From assembly GCA_016839515.1 (NCBI GenBank), contig JAEOUE010000164.1:1-21474 (forward strand): a stretch of DNA of 21,474 bases, given 5' to 3'. Below are positions 1 to 8,360 of the stretch, piece by piece. Origin of the DNA: Candidatus Hodarchaeum mangrovi (GTDB lineage: Archaea > Asgardarchaeota > Heimdallarchaeia > Hodarchaeales > Hodarchaeaceae). Under the pieces are notes generated by a model. It searched no databases, was not told the DNA's origin, and saw only the letters and a program-made list of their open reading frames with translations. Each line of letters starts with the position of its first letter. Position 1 is the stretch's first letter. Position numbers and translations under genes: made by a program.

Positions 1-14
1 ATAAAGGAGTTGAG

Positions 15-881
15 ATGATGAACGTCAGTATTTTTGATATGCCCCCAGAAACAGATATAGCATGGTGCCCAGGTTGTGGTAACTTTAGCATTCTAAAAAT
101 AGTGAAACAAGCATTAGTAGATTTAAATATTAAACCTGAAGAATTAGTTATGGTCTCAGGTATAGGTCAAGCTGCTAAAACGCCTCATTATCTTAAAACA
201 AACATCTTTAATGGTTTACATGGTAGAGCAATAGCATCAGCTATGGCTATTAAAGCTGCTAATCCAGACCTTACTGTTATTGTAGAAAGCGGTGATGGCT
301 GTTCATTTGGTGAAGGTGGTAACCACTTCATTCATAATATTCTTCGAAATCCAAATATTACCCATCTAGCCCATAATAATATGGTATATGGCTTAACTAA
401 AGGACAAGCCTCTCCCACAAGCCAATTCGGGTTCATAACACCAGTTCAAGTTCAAGGAGTAACAAATGAACCTTTTAATCCTATTGCACTAGCAATTGCA
501 TTAGATGCTTCTTTTGTAGCACGGGTGTCCATAACCGATCAAGAAAAAGCCAAAGAAATAATAAAAATGGCTATTAAAAATAAAGGATATTCTTTTGTTG
601 ATATTTTACAACCCTGTGTTTCTTTCAATAAAGTCAATACTTGGAAATGGTTTAAAGAAAATTCATACTATTTAGAGGATACTCATGATTCAACAAATAA
701 GATAGAAGCGTTCAAACGTGCTACTGAAAAAGGAAAATTGCCTTTAGGTGTCTTCTTTAAGCATTCTAAGCCTTGTTTCGAAGATTATTTACCAATTTAT
801 CAAACTAACAAGGACCCCTTGTATAAGCGGGAAGCAAATTTACCAAAATTGGAATCCCTTATCAATTCAATGCGAAAATAG
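15..881 (+). CDS. 2-oxoacid:ferredoxin oxidoreductase, beta (TPP-binding) subunit (KorB/PorB family)
   Basis: [22 protein letters not shown] motif SGDG...[15 protein letters not shown] and [17 protein letters not shown] lies just upstream. Substrate specificity cannot be read from the beta subunit, so no symbol is given. Confidence 0.93.
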   Translation: MMNVSIFDMPPETDIAWCPGCGNFSILKIVKQALVDLNIKPEELVMVSGIGQAAKTPHYLKTNIFNGLHGRAIASAMAIKAANPDLTVIVESGDGCSFGEGGNHFIHNILRNPNITHLAHNNMVYGLTKGQASPTSQFGFITPVQVQGVTNEPFNPIALAIALDASFVARVSITDQEKAKEIIKMAIKNKGYSFVDILQPCVSFNKVNTWKWFKENSYYLEDTHDSTNKIEAFKRATEKGKLPLGVFFKHSKPCFEDYLPIYQTNKDPLYKREANLPKLESLINSMRK

Positions 882-925
882 GGTATATTAATACTTCTAG
901 CATTATTATGCAATTTCAATCTTAA

Positions 926-961
926 AGGATTTTTGACCTCCAAAAAAAGGACTAAAATCCT
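926..961. terminator. Imperfect hairpin between convergent genes, possible bidirectional terminator
   Basis: AGGATTTTTGACCT (926-939) pairs at 12/14 positions with AGGACTAAAATCCT (948-961) around an 8-nt loop, between the stops at 881 and 1042. Confidence 0.4.
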
Positions 962-1041
962 CTAATAATCTCTATTAAATGTGACAATACAATATTCAGT
1001 ACAATTTCTAATTTATCAATGAAGAAGCAATATTGGAGCAT

Positions 1042-1425
1042 TTAAGAAGAAGATTCCTTGTCTTTTGTTGGCAGAAAATTCTCATCATTTGTTGAATTGA
1101 TCTGTTTAGACTTATTTCCCATTATTTGGTTTTTTTCTAAGATTCGAAGGCCAATAATTGATTCTTTGATTAAATAATAACTTAAATAAATGAGTCCTAC
1201 CCCTAAAAGTGAAGCAATAGCTGTTGAAACGGTTAAGGGAATAGGATCTAAATTAATCTGTGAATTAAATAAGGTCGTCACTATTCCATCAATATTTATT
1301 CCAGAAGATGTTTCTAAATAAACATCCAGGATACGACTAAAATATAATGCCCCAATTAGATAGGAAGAACATCCTAAGAGAATCTGTATCCCGTAAAACG
1401 CAAAATTTTCCATTCTCTTCGTCAT
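1042..1425 (-). CDS. Hypothetical small membrane protein (about 2 TM helices)
   Basis: 127-aa ORF with two hydrophobic stretches (FAFYGIQILLGCSSYLIGALYF; TVSTAIASLLGVGLIYLSYYLI) and a polar C-terminal tail. No family recognised. Confidence 0.65.
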   Translation of the reverse strand: MTKRMENFAFYGIQILLGCSSYLIGALYFSRILDVYLETSSGINIDGIVTTLFNSQINLDPIPLTVSTAIASLLGVGLIYLSYYLIKESIIGLRILEKNQIMGNKSKQINSTNDENFLPTKDKESSS

Positions 1426-1535
1426 AATTGTTTCAAACCTGCTTTTTTGACTTTAAATTTGCCTTGATTATGTATTGAAGGAAGAAAACTTTCATTTTTA
1501 TAAACATAATCAGGATAAAAAAGATTTATCATCTT

Positions 1536-2918
1536 CTAGGTTATTATAGCTCCAGAAAAAAGAGGAGATTGATTACTTTTTATATTATCTAGAATTTGAA
1601 AATTCAAACGAAGAGGTGTATGTTCAATATTTTGATAATCTTTAATATTCAGTCTAATAGAACTTTGAGAATTTATAGGTATTTTATCCTCAAAAACGAC
1701 TTTTTCGGTACCACTTGAAAGTAATTGAGTTATAAGAGTTATTAATACAACTAAATCACTCCTATTGTACAGTTCAATCATATTGTTTGAAACACTAAGA
1801 ATTTTAACCGATTTGCTAAATTGATATTGGATACCTTCTTTGAGTGCTTTTAATTCTCCTTTATTGAAATGAGGCCTGTTAGAATTTAAAGCAGATAAAA
1901 CTGGTATAAAATTAAAATTTCTAAGAGAATTGAATATCTGAATAGGGAGAGAATCCTGTAATAAATCAGTTTTATTACAATAATGGGAATAGGGAATACC
2001 CAAGATATTAGATAAGAATAAAAATGATATTCTTCTTGATTCTTTGTATAAATGACAGAAAATTTCTACAAGGCCTTCAGAAATTCCAAGATCTTGAGGT
2101 AAAGAATATTCGAACAAGCTCATAATGTCTGAAGTTTCCCAATTCTCTGTATAATATTCCGAAATTCGATAAAGAACTTTAAAAATTTCTTTTATACTCA
2201 AGTGATTCCATTTTGCGAATTTTCGTGAAATTGAATCTAGATCTCCCTCTGTAATTTTCCCTCTAAATTTTGGAAACTTGCTAAGCAGAAATCGAATTAA
2301 AAAACCTGAAATTTCGGATTCTCGTTCCATATTTGATGGTAAAAAGAACAATAAGCAATAATAGGTAAATAAAAACGATTTTTCAGAAGATTTAATAGGA
2401 ATCTCGATAAACTTACCATCAATTGCGGTCTCATCTATACCAGTTCTCTCATGATCAACTCCACGGATTAATGGTCTATTTTTACGTGTTTTGGAAGGGA
2501 TTTCGAATTTCTTAGCAAGATTTTCCCAAAAAAATTTGAATTTCAAGTCTAATTCTGAACTAGATTCAGCTAAAGTCTTAGGTTTTTGAATTGGAGGATA
2601 ACGACTTACTTTTTTCGATTTTGATTTTATTTCTTTATAAGCAGCTTCAAGATCATCTATAAATGATTGACCATCTATAATTACTCCTTCTTGATTAAAG
2701 CTATACACCCTTAACTCATTTTTCCAGCGAATCAGTGCAAAATAAGATAATCCCTCGGTCGTATGAAAAATTAAAGATGGAAGATTAGGTAATCCTTTCT
2801 TTACTATTATTTTTTCTTTTACTCTCCTCAACTCACCCCAGTCTGCTTTTTTTTCAGCAACTTCTAGCTTGATAAAAGACATGATTTCTTTCCGAAGATT
2901 TCTTCGTGTCATCATCAA
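1536..2918 (-). CDS. Hypothetical protein (~450 aa), divergent from the molybdoenzyme operon
   Basis: A 1.4-kb open frame in AT-rich DNA is unlikely by chance. No motif recognised. Start is uncertain (TTG at 2918 or one of several downstream ATGs, e.g. MSFIK). Confidence 0.8.
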   Translation of the reverse strand: MMMTRRNLRKEIMSFIKLEVAEKKADWGELRRVKEKIIVKKGLPNLPSLIFHTTEGLSYFALIRWKNELRVYSFNQEGVIIDGQSFIDDLEAAYKEIKSKSKKVSRYPPIQKPKTLAESSSELDLKFKFFWENLAKKFEIPSKTRKNRPLIRGVDHERTGIDETAIDGKFIEIPIKSSEKSFLFTYYCLLFFLPSNMERESEISGFLIRFLLSKFPKFRGKITEGDLDSISRKFAKWNHLSIKEIFKVLYRISEYYTENWETSDIMSLFEYSLPQDLGISEGLVEIFCHLYKESRRISFLFLSNILGIPYSHYCNKTDLLQDSLPIQIFNSLRNFNFIPVLSALNSNRPHFNKGELKALKEGIQYQFSKSVKILSVSNNMIELYNRSDLVVLITLITQLLSSGTEKVVFEDKIPINSQSSIRLNIKDYQNIEHTPLRLNFQILDNIKSNQSPLFSGAIIT

Positions 2919-2995
2919 TCACTAGTGTTTGGTTGATTTTAAAACCCATTGATTAAAAGAAGAATCCTTTTCAAGGAATTCCCACTTGATGGAGA

Positions 2996-3331
2996 ATGCT
3001 TATGGTCTCCATTCAAATTAATCTTTATGGTCGACTTGGAACTAATCTGGGAACAAATATCAAACTAGATTTTCTAGAAAACACCAGTCCAACGATTCGA
3101 CATGTAATAACAAAACTTATTGAAATGGATCCAATCCTAAAAGATATCTTGCTAAAAAATGATAAATTAAGTCAAGGAACAATTCTGTTGATAAATGGAC
3201 ATATAATGAATCGATCAGAGTTAGGTTTGGATACTCCACTGAAGGAGGAGGATCATATCACTGTTGATAAACTTGGATTTATAGAAATTGTTGGTGGAGG
3301 TTCAGAAGAGAAAAAATATGACTACAATTAG
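2996..3331 (+). CDS. MoaD/ThiS/SAMP-family ubiquitin-like (beta-grasp) protein with a C-terminal extension
   Basis: I-x-L-Y-G-x-L start, LLING...GLDTPLKEED-x-I and a near-terminal VGGG, the pattern of archaeal SAMP1/MoaD. GGAG at 2991-2994 favours the ATG at 3002 as the real start. Confidence 0.82.
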   Translation: MLMVSIQINLYGRLGTNLGTNIKLDFLENTSPTIRHVITKLIEMDPILKDILLKNDKLSQGTILLINGHIMNRSELGLDTPLKEEDHITVDKLGFIEIVGGGSEEKKYDYN

Positions 3332-3342
3332 GTGAATGGAAC

Positions 3343-5712
3343 ATGCAGAAAATTATTGGTCAATCTATTCCTAGAAAAGATGCTTTTGAAAAAATCACAG
3401 GAAAGGCGATTTTTACATTTGATGTTAATAATATACCACATTTACTTTATGCGAAATTTCTAACCTCACCATATGCTCATGCACGAATTATAAATATTAA
3501 TACATCAGATGCAGAGAAAATATTTGGTGTAAAAGCAATTGTTACGGGAAAAGATTGGCCTGTTAAAATTGGTCTGTATGCAGGAGATCGCGACATCCTC
3601 GCATTTGAAAAAGTTCGGTGGGTGGGACAACCCGTGGTAGCGATTGCAGCTACAACAGAGAAAATCGCTGAAGACGCATTACAAAAAATAAAAATTGACT
3701 ATGAACCATTACCAGCAATATTTGATCCAGTTAAAGCAAAAAAATCAAGAAAAATTCTTGTCCATGAAAAAATGAATGAATATGAACATTCGCCAGCTTT
3801 TAATCCAATAGCTGGAACTAATATCGCCAATCACTTTAAATTACGTAAAGGAAACATAGAAAAAGGTTTTTCCGAAGCAGATCACATTATTGAGAATACC
3901 TATACCATGCCCCAAGTGTCTCATTCATATATGGAACCAATAGTCTCCCTTGGTCATTATAAACAAGATGGATCAATCGAGGTTTGGTCCTCAGCACAAT
4001 CACCCTTTACTGTAAGGAACCTTTTGGGGATTACTTTTGCTATTTCGACTTCAAAAATCACTGTTCATTCTCCATTCATAGGAGGAGGTTTTGGTGGAAA
4101 AGCAGGCTTAAATTTCGAGCCTCTGGTTGTTCTACTATCTAGGAAAGCAGGAAATCTTCCTGTGAAACTTACATTAAATCGTGAAGAAAATTTCAAAAGT
4201 GCTCCTATCAGAGTAGGTATGGTTGCTACAATTAAAAGTGGAATTAAGGGGAACGGAAGGATTATTGCACAGGAAATTGAATACATTTGGGATTCAGGTG
4301 CATGTGCTGACTATGCAGTTAATGTAGGCCGAGCTGCAGGATATGTTTCAATTGGTCCTTATGATATTGAAAATATCAAATCTGATTCCTATACTGTTTA
4401 TACAAATAAACCTTATGCAACGGCTTTCCGAGGTTTTGGACATATGGAGCTGCTATGGGCAATTGAACGCCAAAATGATCTGATTGCAAACAAATTAGGA
4501 ATAAGCCCTGTAGAGTTCCGTTTATTGAACACATTAAAACCAGGAAAATCATATACTGCCAACCAACAAAAACTAAGAGTGGATGCAGGAAGTGTGGATG
4601 AATGTTTGGAAAAAGTTTGGAAAGAATTATTTGACCATAAATCTCCTCCTCCAAAAGAAAAACCATGGTTGTTCAATGGAATAGGTATTGCTTGCTTTAT
4701 GAAAGGCCCTGCTCAACCTCCAAATAGCGCATCTTCAGCATTTGTTAAATTTGATGAAAATGGAGGTATTTTTATTTCTGTTGGAACTACAGAAATGGGA
4801 CAAGGAACGATCACCTCATTAAGTCAAATTGCAGCTGAAGAACTTGGATTACCTATTGAAAAAGTAACAATTAGTGGAATTCGGAATACTGATTCAGATG
4901 CTTATACTTGGCAAACAGTTGGATCACGATCGTTATTCATGGATGGAAATGCTGTAAGAAATGCATGTCTTGACGCCAAGAAACAAATTTTTAGTATTTC
5001 AAGTCAAGTGCTAAAGGTCCCTATCTCTGAATTGGTTTTAGAAAATGAATTAATTTTCTCTAAAGGGGAACCTTGGAAAAACTTAAGCCTAGCAGAGGTT
5101 GTGATGGGATACATGTTTCCATCTGGTGAGTCTATTGGGGGACCTATTATAGGAAGAGGTTCTTATATAGCAAAAATGACAATTTTGGATCCTGAAACAG
5201 GAGCAGGGAATCCTGCAATCTTTGAAACATTTGGAGCTCAAGGTGTCGAGATTGAATTAAATGGTTTAACTGGTGAAATCATTATCAAACGATTGATATC
5301 TGCTTTCGATGTAGGCAAAGCAATTAATCCTTTACTTTGTGAAGGCCAGATAATTGGAGGTAGTGTAATGGCCCTTTCTCTTGCTATGAATGAAGAATTA
5401 AAGTATAACGATGAGGGGATGCTTCTCAATCCTAACCTTGTTGATTATGTCGTTGCTCGCTCAGGTGATGTCCCAAAAGAATTTATTTCATTCTTAATTG
5501 AGAATCCGCAACACGATGGTCCTTTTGGAGCAAGAGGCATTGGGGAATTGACCATGTTAGGAGTTCCCGCTGCCTTAGGAAATGCTATTCAAAATGCAAT
5601 TGGGGTATCAATTAATGACCTCCCTTTAACTGCAGAGAATATCTGGAAAGCAATTCTTACTCAAAAACCTGAGCTAATTCAACAATTAAAAGAAAAAATC
5701 TTGGAAGGCTAG
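3343..5712 (+). CDS. Xanthine oxidase/dehydrogenase-family molybdopterin-binding (large) subunit
   Basis: SPYAHARI, QVSHSYMEP, GGGFGGK, AFRGFG, EMGQG, TVGSRS, DVGKAINP...GQIIGG and ARGIGE (catalytic Glu). AGGTGA RBS upstream. Confidence 0.95.
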   Translation: MQKIIGQSIPRKDAFEKITGKAIFTFDVNNIPHLLYAKFLTSPYAHARIININTSDAEKIFGVKAIVTGKDWPVKIGLYAGDRDILAFEKVRWVGQPVVAIAATTEKIAEDALQKIKIDYEPLPAIFDPVKAKKSRKILVHEKMNEYEHSPAFNPIAGTNIANHFKLRKGNIEKGFSEADHIIENTYTMPQVSHSYMEPIVSLGHYKQDGSIEVWSSAQSPFTVRNLLGITFAISTSKITVHSPFIGGGFGGKAGLNFEPLVVLLSRKAGNLPVKLTLNREENFKSAPIRVGMVATIKSGIKGNGRIIAQEIEYIWDSGACADYAVNVGRAAGYVSIGPYDIENIKSDSYTVYTNKPYATAFRGFGHMELLWAIERQNDLIANKLGISPVEFRLLNTLKPGKSYTANQQKLRVDAGSVDECLEKVWKELFDHKSPPPKEKPWLFNGIGIACFMKGPAQPPNSASSAFVKFDENGGIFISVGTTEMGQGTITSLSQIAAEELGLPIEKVTISGIRNTDSDAYTWQTVGSRSLFMDGNAVRNACLDAKKQIFSISSQVLKVPISELVLENELIFSKGEPWKNLSLAEVVMGYMFPSGESIGGPIIGRGSYIAKMTILDPETGAGNPAIFETFGAQGVEIELNGLTGEIIIKRLISAFDVGKAINPLLCEGQIIGGSVMALSLAMNEELKYNDEGMLLNPNLVDYVVARSGDVPKEFISFLIENPQHDGPFGARGIGELTMLGVPAALGNAIQNAIGVSINDLPLTAENIWKAILTQKPELIQQLKEKILEG

Positions 5713-5714
5713 AG

Positions 5715-6581
5715 ATGAATACAACTATTTCCTACACAACTTTGCCAGAATTTGAGTTTGTGTCTCCAAATACTCTTAAAGAAACTTTATCTTTACTTAA
5801 TATCCATCAATCAAATGCAGTAGTCTTAGCAGGGGGTACAGACCTTTTACCCGAACTTCGTCATAGGATAAAACAACCTAAATTGATTATTGATGTTAAA
5901 AACATACCAGAGTTAAACGAACTGAATTTAAATGATAAATTCCTTACTATAGGAGCTGCCGTTCCTGTAACAAAAGTACTAACCCTCCCAAAATTAGATT
6001 CACTCTTTACTGCATTGTATCAATCACTACAAAATTTCTGTGATGAGATTCTTCGAAATAGAGCCACAATTGCTGGAAATATTGCCACTTCTTCACCAGC
6101 TGCTGACAGTGCTGGTCCATTACTTGTATTTGATGCAATAATAGAAATACAGTCTATAAAAAAAGGAAAATGCACTGTAAAAATTGAAGATTTCTTCAAA
6201 GGAGTTAAACAAAATTGCTTGGAACCTGATGAGCTTATTACAAAAATCAGGTTACCTATACCTGAAGAGGAAACAAAATCAGCCTATCTTAAAATGAAAA
6301 GAGGAGTGGAAGATATAGCACTCGTAGGTGTTACAGGAGCTTCAAACAGGACGAAAACATTGTTTGCTTATACAGCAGTAGCTTCTACACCTATCTTAAT
6401 AGATGTTTCAGCAATTCTGTCAAAGAATCGAAATCAAACCAAAGAAGATCTATTTCAAATCATATGGAAACAAATTCAAGCAAAAATTCAACCAATATCA
6501 GATGTACGCTCTGGAAAGGATTATAGATTTCATATTGCTGAAATATATACAAGAATAATACTACGGGAGTTTCTCAAATGA
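5715..6581 (+). CDS. Xanthine dehydrogenase-family FAD-binding (medium) subunit (CoxM/CutM-like)
   Basis: LAGGTDL, IGAAV, RNRATIAGNI...SPAAD, PISDVRSGKDYR. Starts 2 bp after the large-subunit stop. Confidence 0.95.
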   Translation: MNTTISYTTLPEFEFVSPNTLKETLSLLNIHQSNAVVLAGGTDLLPELRHRIKQPKLIIDVKNIPELNELNLNDKFLTIGAAVPVTKVLTLPKLDSLFTALYQSLQNFCDEILRNRATIAGNIATSSPAADSAGPLLVFDAIIEIQSIKKGKCTVKIEDFFKGVKQNCLEPDELITKIRLPIPEEETKSAYLKMKRGVEDIALVGVTGASNRTKTLFAYTAVASTPILIDVSAILSKNRNQTKEDLFQIIWKQIQAKIQPISDVRSGKDYRFHIAEIYTRIILREFLK

Positions 6582-7045
6582 AAACATCGATTAATTTAAT
6601 AATTAATGGTTCAAAAATAGAAGTTTCGGTGTTACCGAATGAAACCCTTCTTGATGTACTAAGAAATAAACTTGATATTAAATCTGTGAAAGCTGCATGT
6701 TGGCAAGGAGATTGTGGACTCTGCACTGTCTTATTAAATAGAATTCCAGTTAAATCCTGTTTGATATTAGCTATAGAAGCAAAAAACTCAGCGATAACTA
6801 CTGTTGAAGGGTTATCTGATGGAGAAAATCTATCTAATCTACAAAAAGCTTTCATTAAAAATGGTGCAGTACAATGTGGATTCTGTACTCCTGCATTTCT
6901 TCTTATGAGTTATTATTTAATATCAAAACGGAAAATTTTTTCCCGCTCCGAAATAGAACACTCCCTTAATGGAATTATTTGTAGATGCACAGGATATAAA
7001 CAAATCGTTGATAGTATCTTAGATGTTCAAAATCTAGGACATTAA
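6578..7045 (+). CDS. Xanthine dehydrogenase-family 2x[2Fe-2S] (small) subunit (CoxS/CutS-like)
   Basis: CWQGDCGLC...KSC, QCGFCTP and CRCTGY motifs. ATGA overlap with the FAD subunit gene. Confidence 0.96.
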   Translation: MKTSINLIINGSKIEVSVLPNETLLDVLRNKLDIKSVKAACWQGDCGLCTVLLNRIPVKSCLILAIEAKNSAITTVEGLSDGENLSNLQKAFIKNGAVQCGFCTPAFLLMSYYLISKRKIFSRSEIEHSLNGIICRCTGYKQIVDSILDVQNLGH

Positions 7046-7170
7046 TACTTTGATGGATTATTCCATTTAATTTCCTATAAATTAATTTCAATTAAAGCAA
7101 GGAGTTATTGAAAAATCTTCAATGGCAATCTTTGAGCAGAAAGAACACTGAATTATTCATATACTTCTTT

Positions 7171-7198
7171 ATTTGACCTATGTTAAAATAGGTTAAAT
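7171..7198. promoter_or_regulatory. Inverted repeat upstream of the pseudo-hydrogenase pair, possible operator or hairpin
   Basis: ATTTGACCTAT-N6-ATAGGTTAAAT, 10/11 match (the mismatch is G:T), about 90 bp before the ATG at 7287. Confidence 0.35.
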
Positions 7199-7286
7199 CC
7201 AATTTCTATAAAATTATGATTGCTTGAAACCGATTAAATAGAAAGATTAAATTGAACTGTTTATTCTCTAATAATAGGGTTAGATA

Positions 7287-8360
7287 ATGTCAAATCCTGC
7301 TGTACATTTTCCTTTTCTCTCTAGATCTAATCTAAATGCTCAGAAAGCCTTATCAAATTTGAATCCAGCCAATATTTTTACTTTTGTAAATGAAAAATTT
7401 AAAATTAATACCCAAATTTATCCAACACTATTAAATAAATCATATAAAGAATTATTTCCCATCTTAGAACAGAAAACCCATTTAATGGCAATTTCAATAC
7501 AGGTTCATTTATCTGAAGCATTAGAATATTTAGCTGGTATTCGGTTATCACAAAGTGTTCTTCAATTTCGAGGATTTTTATTAAATTTAGAACGAGTGAT
7601 GAACGAGCTATTTATTTTACATTGGTTTTCTTATTTCATCAATGATAGGAGATTGAATGAGCAAACGTATAAAGCATACTCCGAATTTTTAACTATGCTT
7701 GAAAAATACTGGGATAACCTTTCACCTAGAAACATCATCTGTCCAGGAGGTATTAAAGAACCACAAGTTACAATTGATTCAAACAAAGTGAAAGGATTGT
7801 GTATTAGACTCATTAACTCTTTTCAGAAGTTTATAAGAAGGATGGAAAAAAATAAAATATATGCAGAATTTTCACAGGTGAAAACTCCAACTAGTGATCT
7901 ATTAAAAGAGTGGGGAATAAGTGGTCCATTAACAAGGACAGTTAATATTCTACCATATGGAATCAATCTTCATACTAAAATAAACACTTCAACGAAATTT
8001 CTACAATATGCTTATGACAATAATAATACACTTCAAAGTCTCTTAAAAGTTACCTATTCAGAGCTATTTCTTTCTTTGAATAGAATGGTTTCACTAATAT
8101 CAGAGGATTATAAATCAGAAGAAATTAATTTTCCCAATATAATTAATGGGGAAGTTACATCAACCTTTTTATTTCCCCTTGGTGAGGCACATTTGACTTT
8201 AAGAATAGCAGATAATAATATAACTTATTTTAATTATCTATTCCCATATATCAGTAATCTATTTGGTTTTCAAAAAATGCTTGAGAATTATGAAGAGAAA
8301 TATAAGCCAATATTCTTATTATTTTTCAATCCTGAGGTAATTGTTTCAGGAATGGTGTGA
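7287..8360 (+). CDS. Degenerate group 4 [NiFe]-hydrogenase large subunit / complex I 49-kDa (NuoD)-fold protein without Ni-binding cysteines
   Basis: Colinear matches to the family pattern, aligned by eye from recalled sequences: EALEYLAGI..R....LERV, IICPGGI, WGISGPLTR, V...EL..SL, GE.......PLGE, P...NL....KMLE. The RxCGxC site reads QKTHLM and the DPCxxC site reads NPEVIV. Confidence 0.75.
   Translation: MSNPAVHFPFLSRSNLNAQKALSNLNPANIFTFVNEKFKINTQIYPTLLNKSYKELFPILEQKTHLMAISIQVHLSEALEYLAGIRLSQSVLQFRGFLLNLERVMNELFILHWFSYFINDRRLNEQTYKAYSEFLTMLEKYWDNLSPRNIICPGGIKEPQVTIDSNKVKGLCIRLINSFQKFIRRMEKNKIYAEFSQVKTPTSDLLKEWGISGPLTRTVNILPYGINLHTKINTSTKFLQYAYDNNNTLQSLLKVTYSELFLSLNRMVSLISEDYKSEEINFPNIINGEVTSTFLFPLGEAHLTLRIADNNITYFNYLFPYISNLFGFQKMLENYEEKYKPIFLLFFNPEVIVSGMV

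Noticed and set aside
4065-5429. Minus-strand ORFs 4065-4286, 4376-4666, 4413-4676 and 5238-5429
   Set aside because: Short antisense shadows inside the well-supported molybdopterin subunit gene, with no motifs.
3343-5712. Calling the molybdoenzyme an aerobic CO dehydrogenase (coxL)
   Set aside because: The active-site loop is AFRGFG, not AYxCSFR or AYxGAGR, so the Cu-binding Cys is absent.
7099-7176. AAGGAG followed by a 22-codon TTG-start mini-ORF
   Set aside because: RBS-to-start spacing is only 3 nt and the ORF is too short to distinguish from chance.
6574-7813. Minus-strand ORFs 6574-6855 and 7631-7813
   Set aside because: Antisense to the 2Fe-2S subunit and the NuoD-fold gene; no independent support.
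8358-8360. TGA at the end of the hydrogenase-like ORF read as selenocysteine ([NiFeSe] type)
   Set aside because: The TGA lies 8 codons past the position where Sec would occur (DPU), the other three ligands are missing, and it forms an ordinary GTGA overlap with the next gene.
7287-8360. Calling the hydrogenase-like ORF a pseudogene
   Set aside because: Near full length, no stops or frameshifts, and coupled to the next gene. Decay cannot be excluded without orthologs, but nothing in the sequence shows it.
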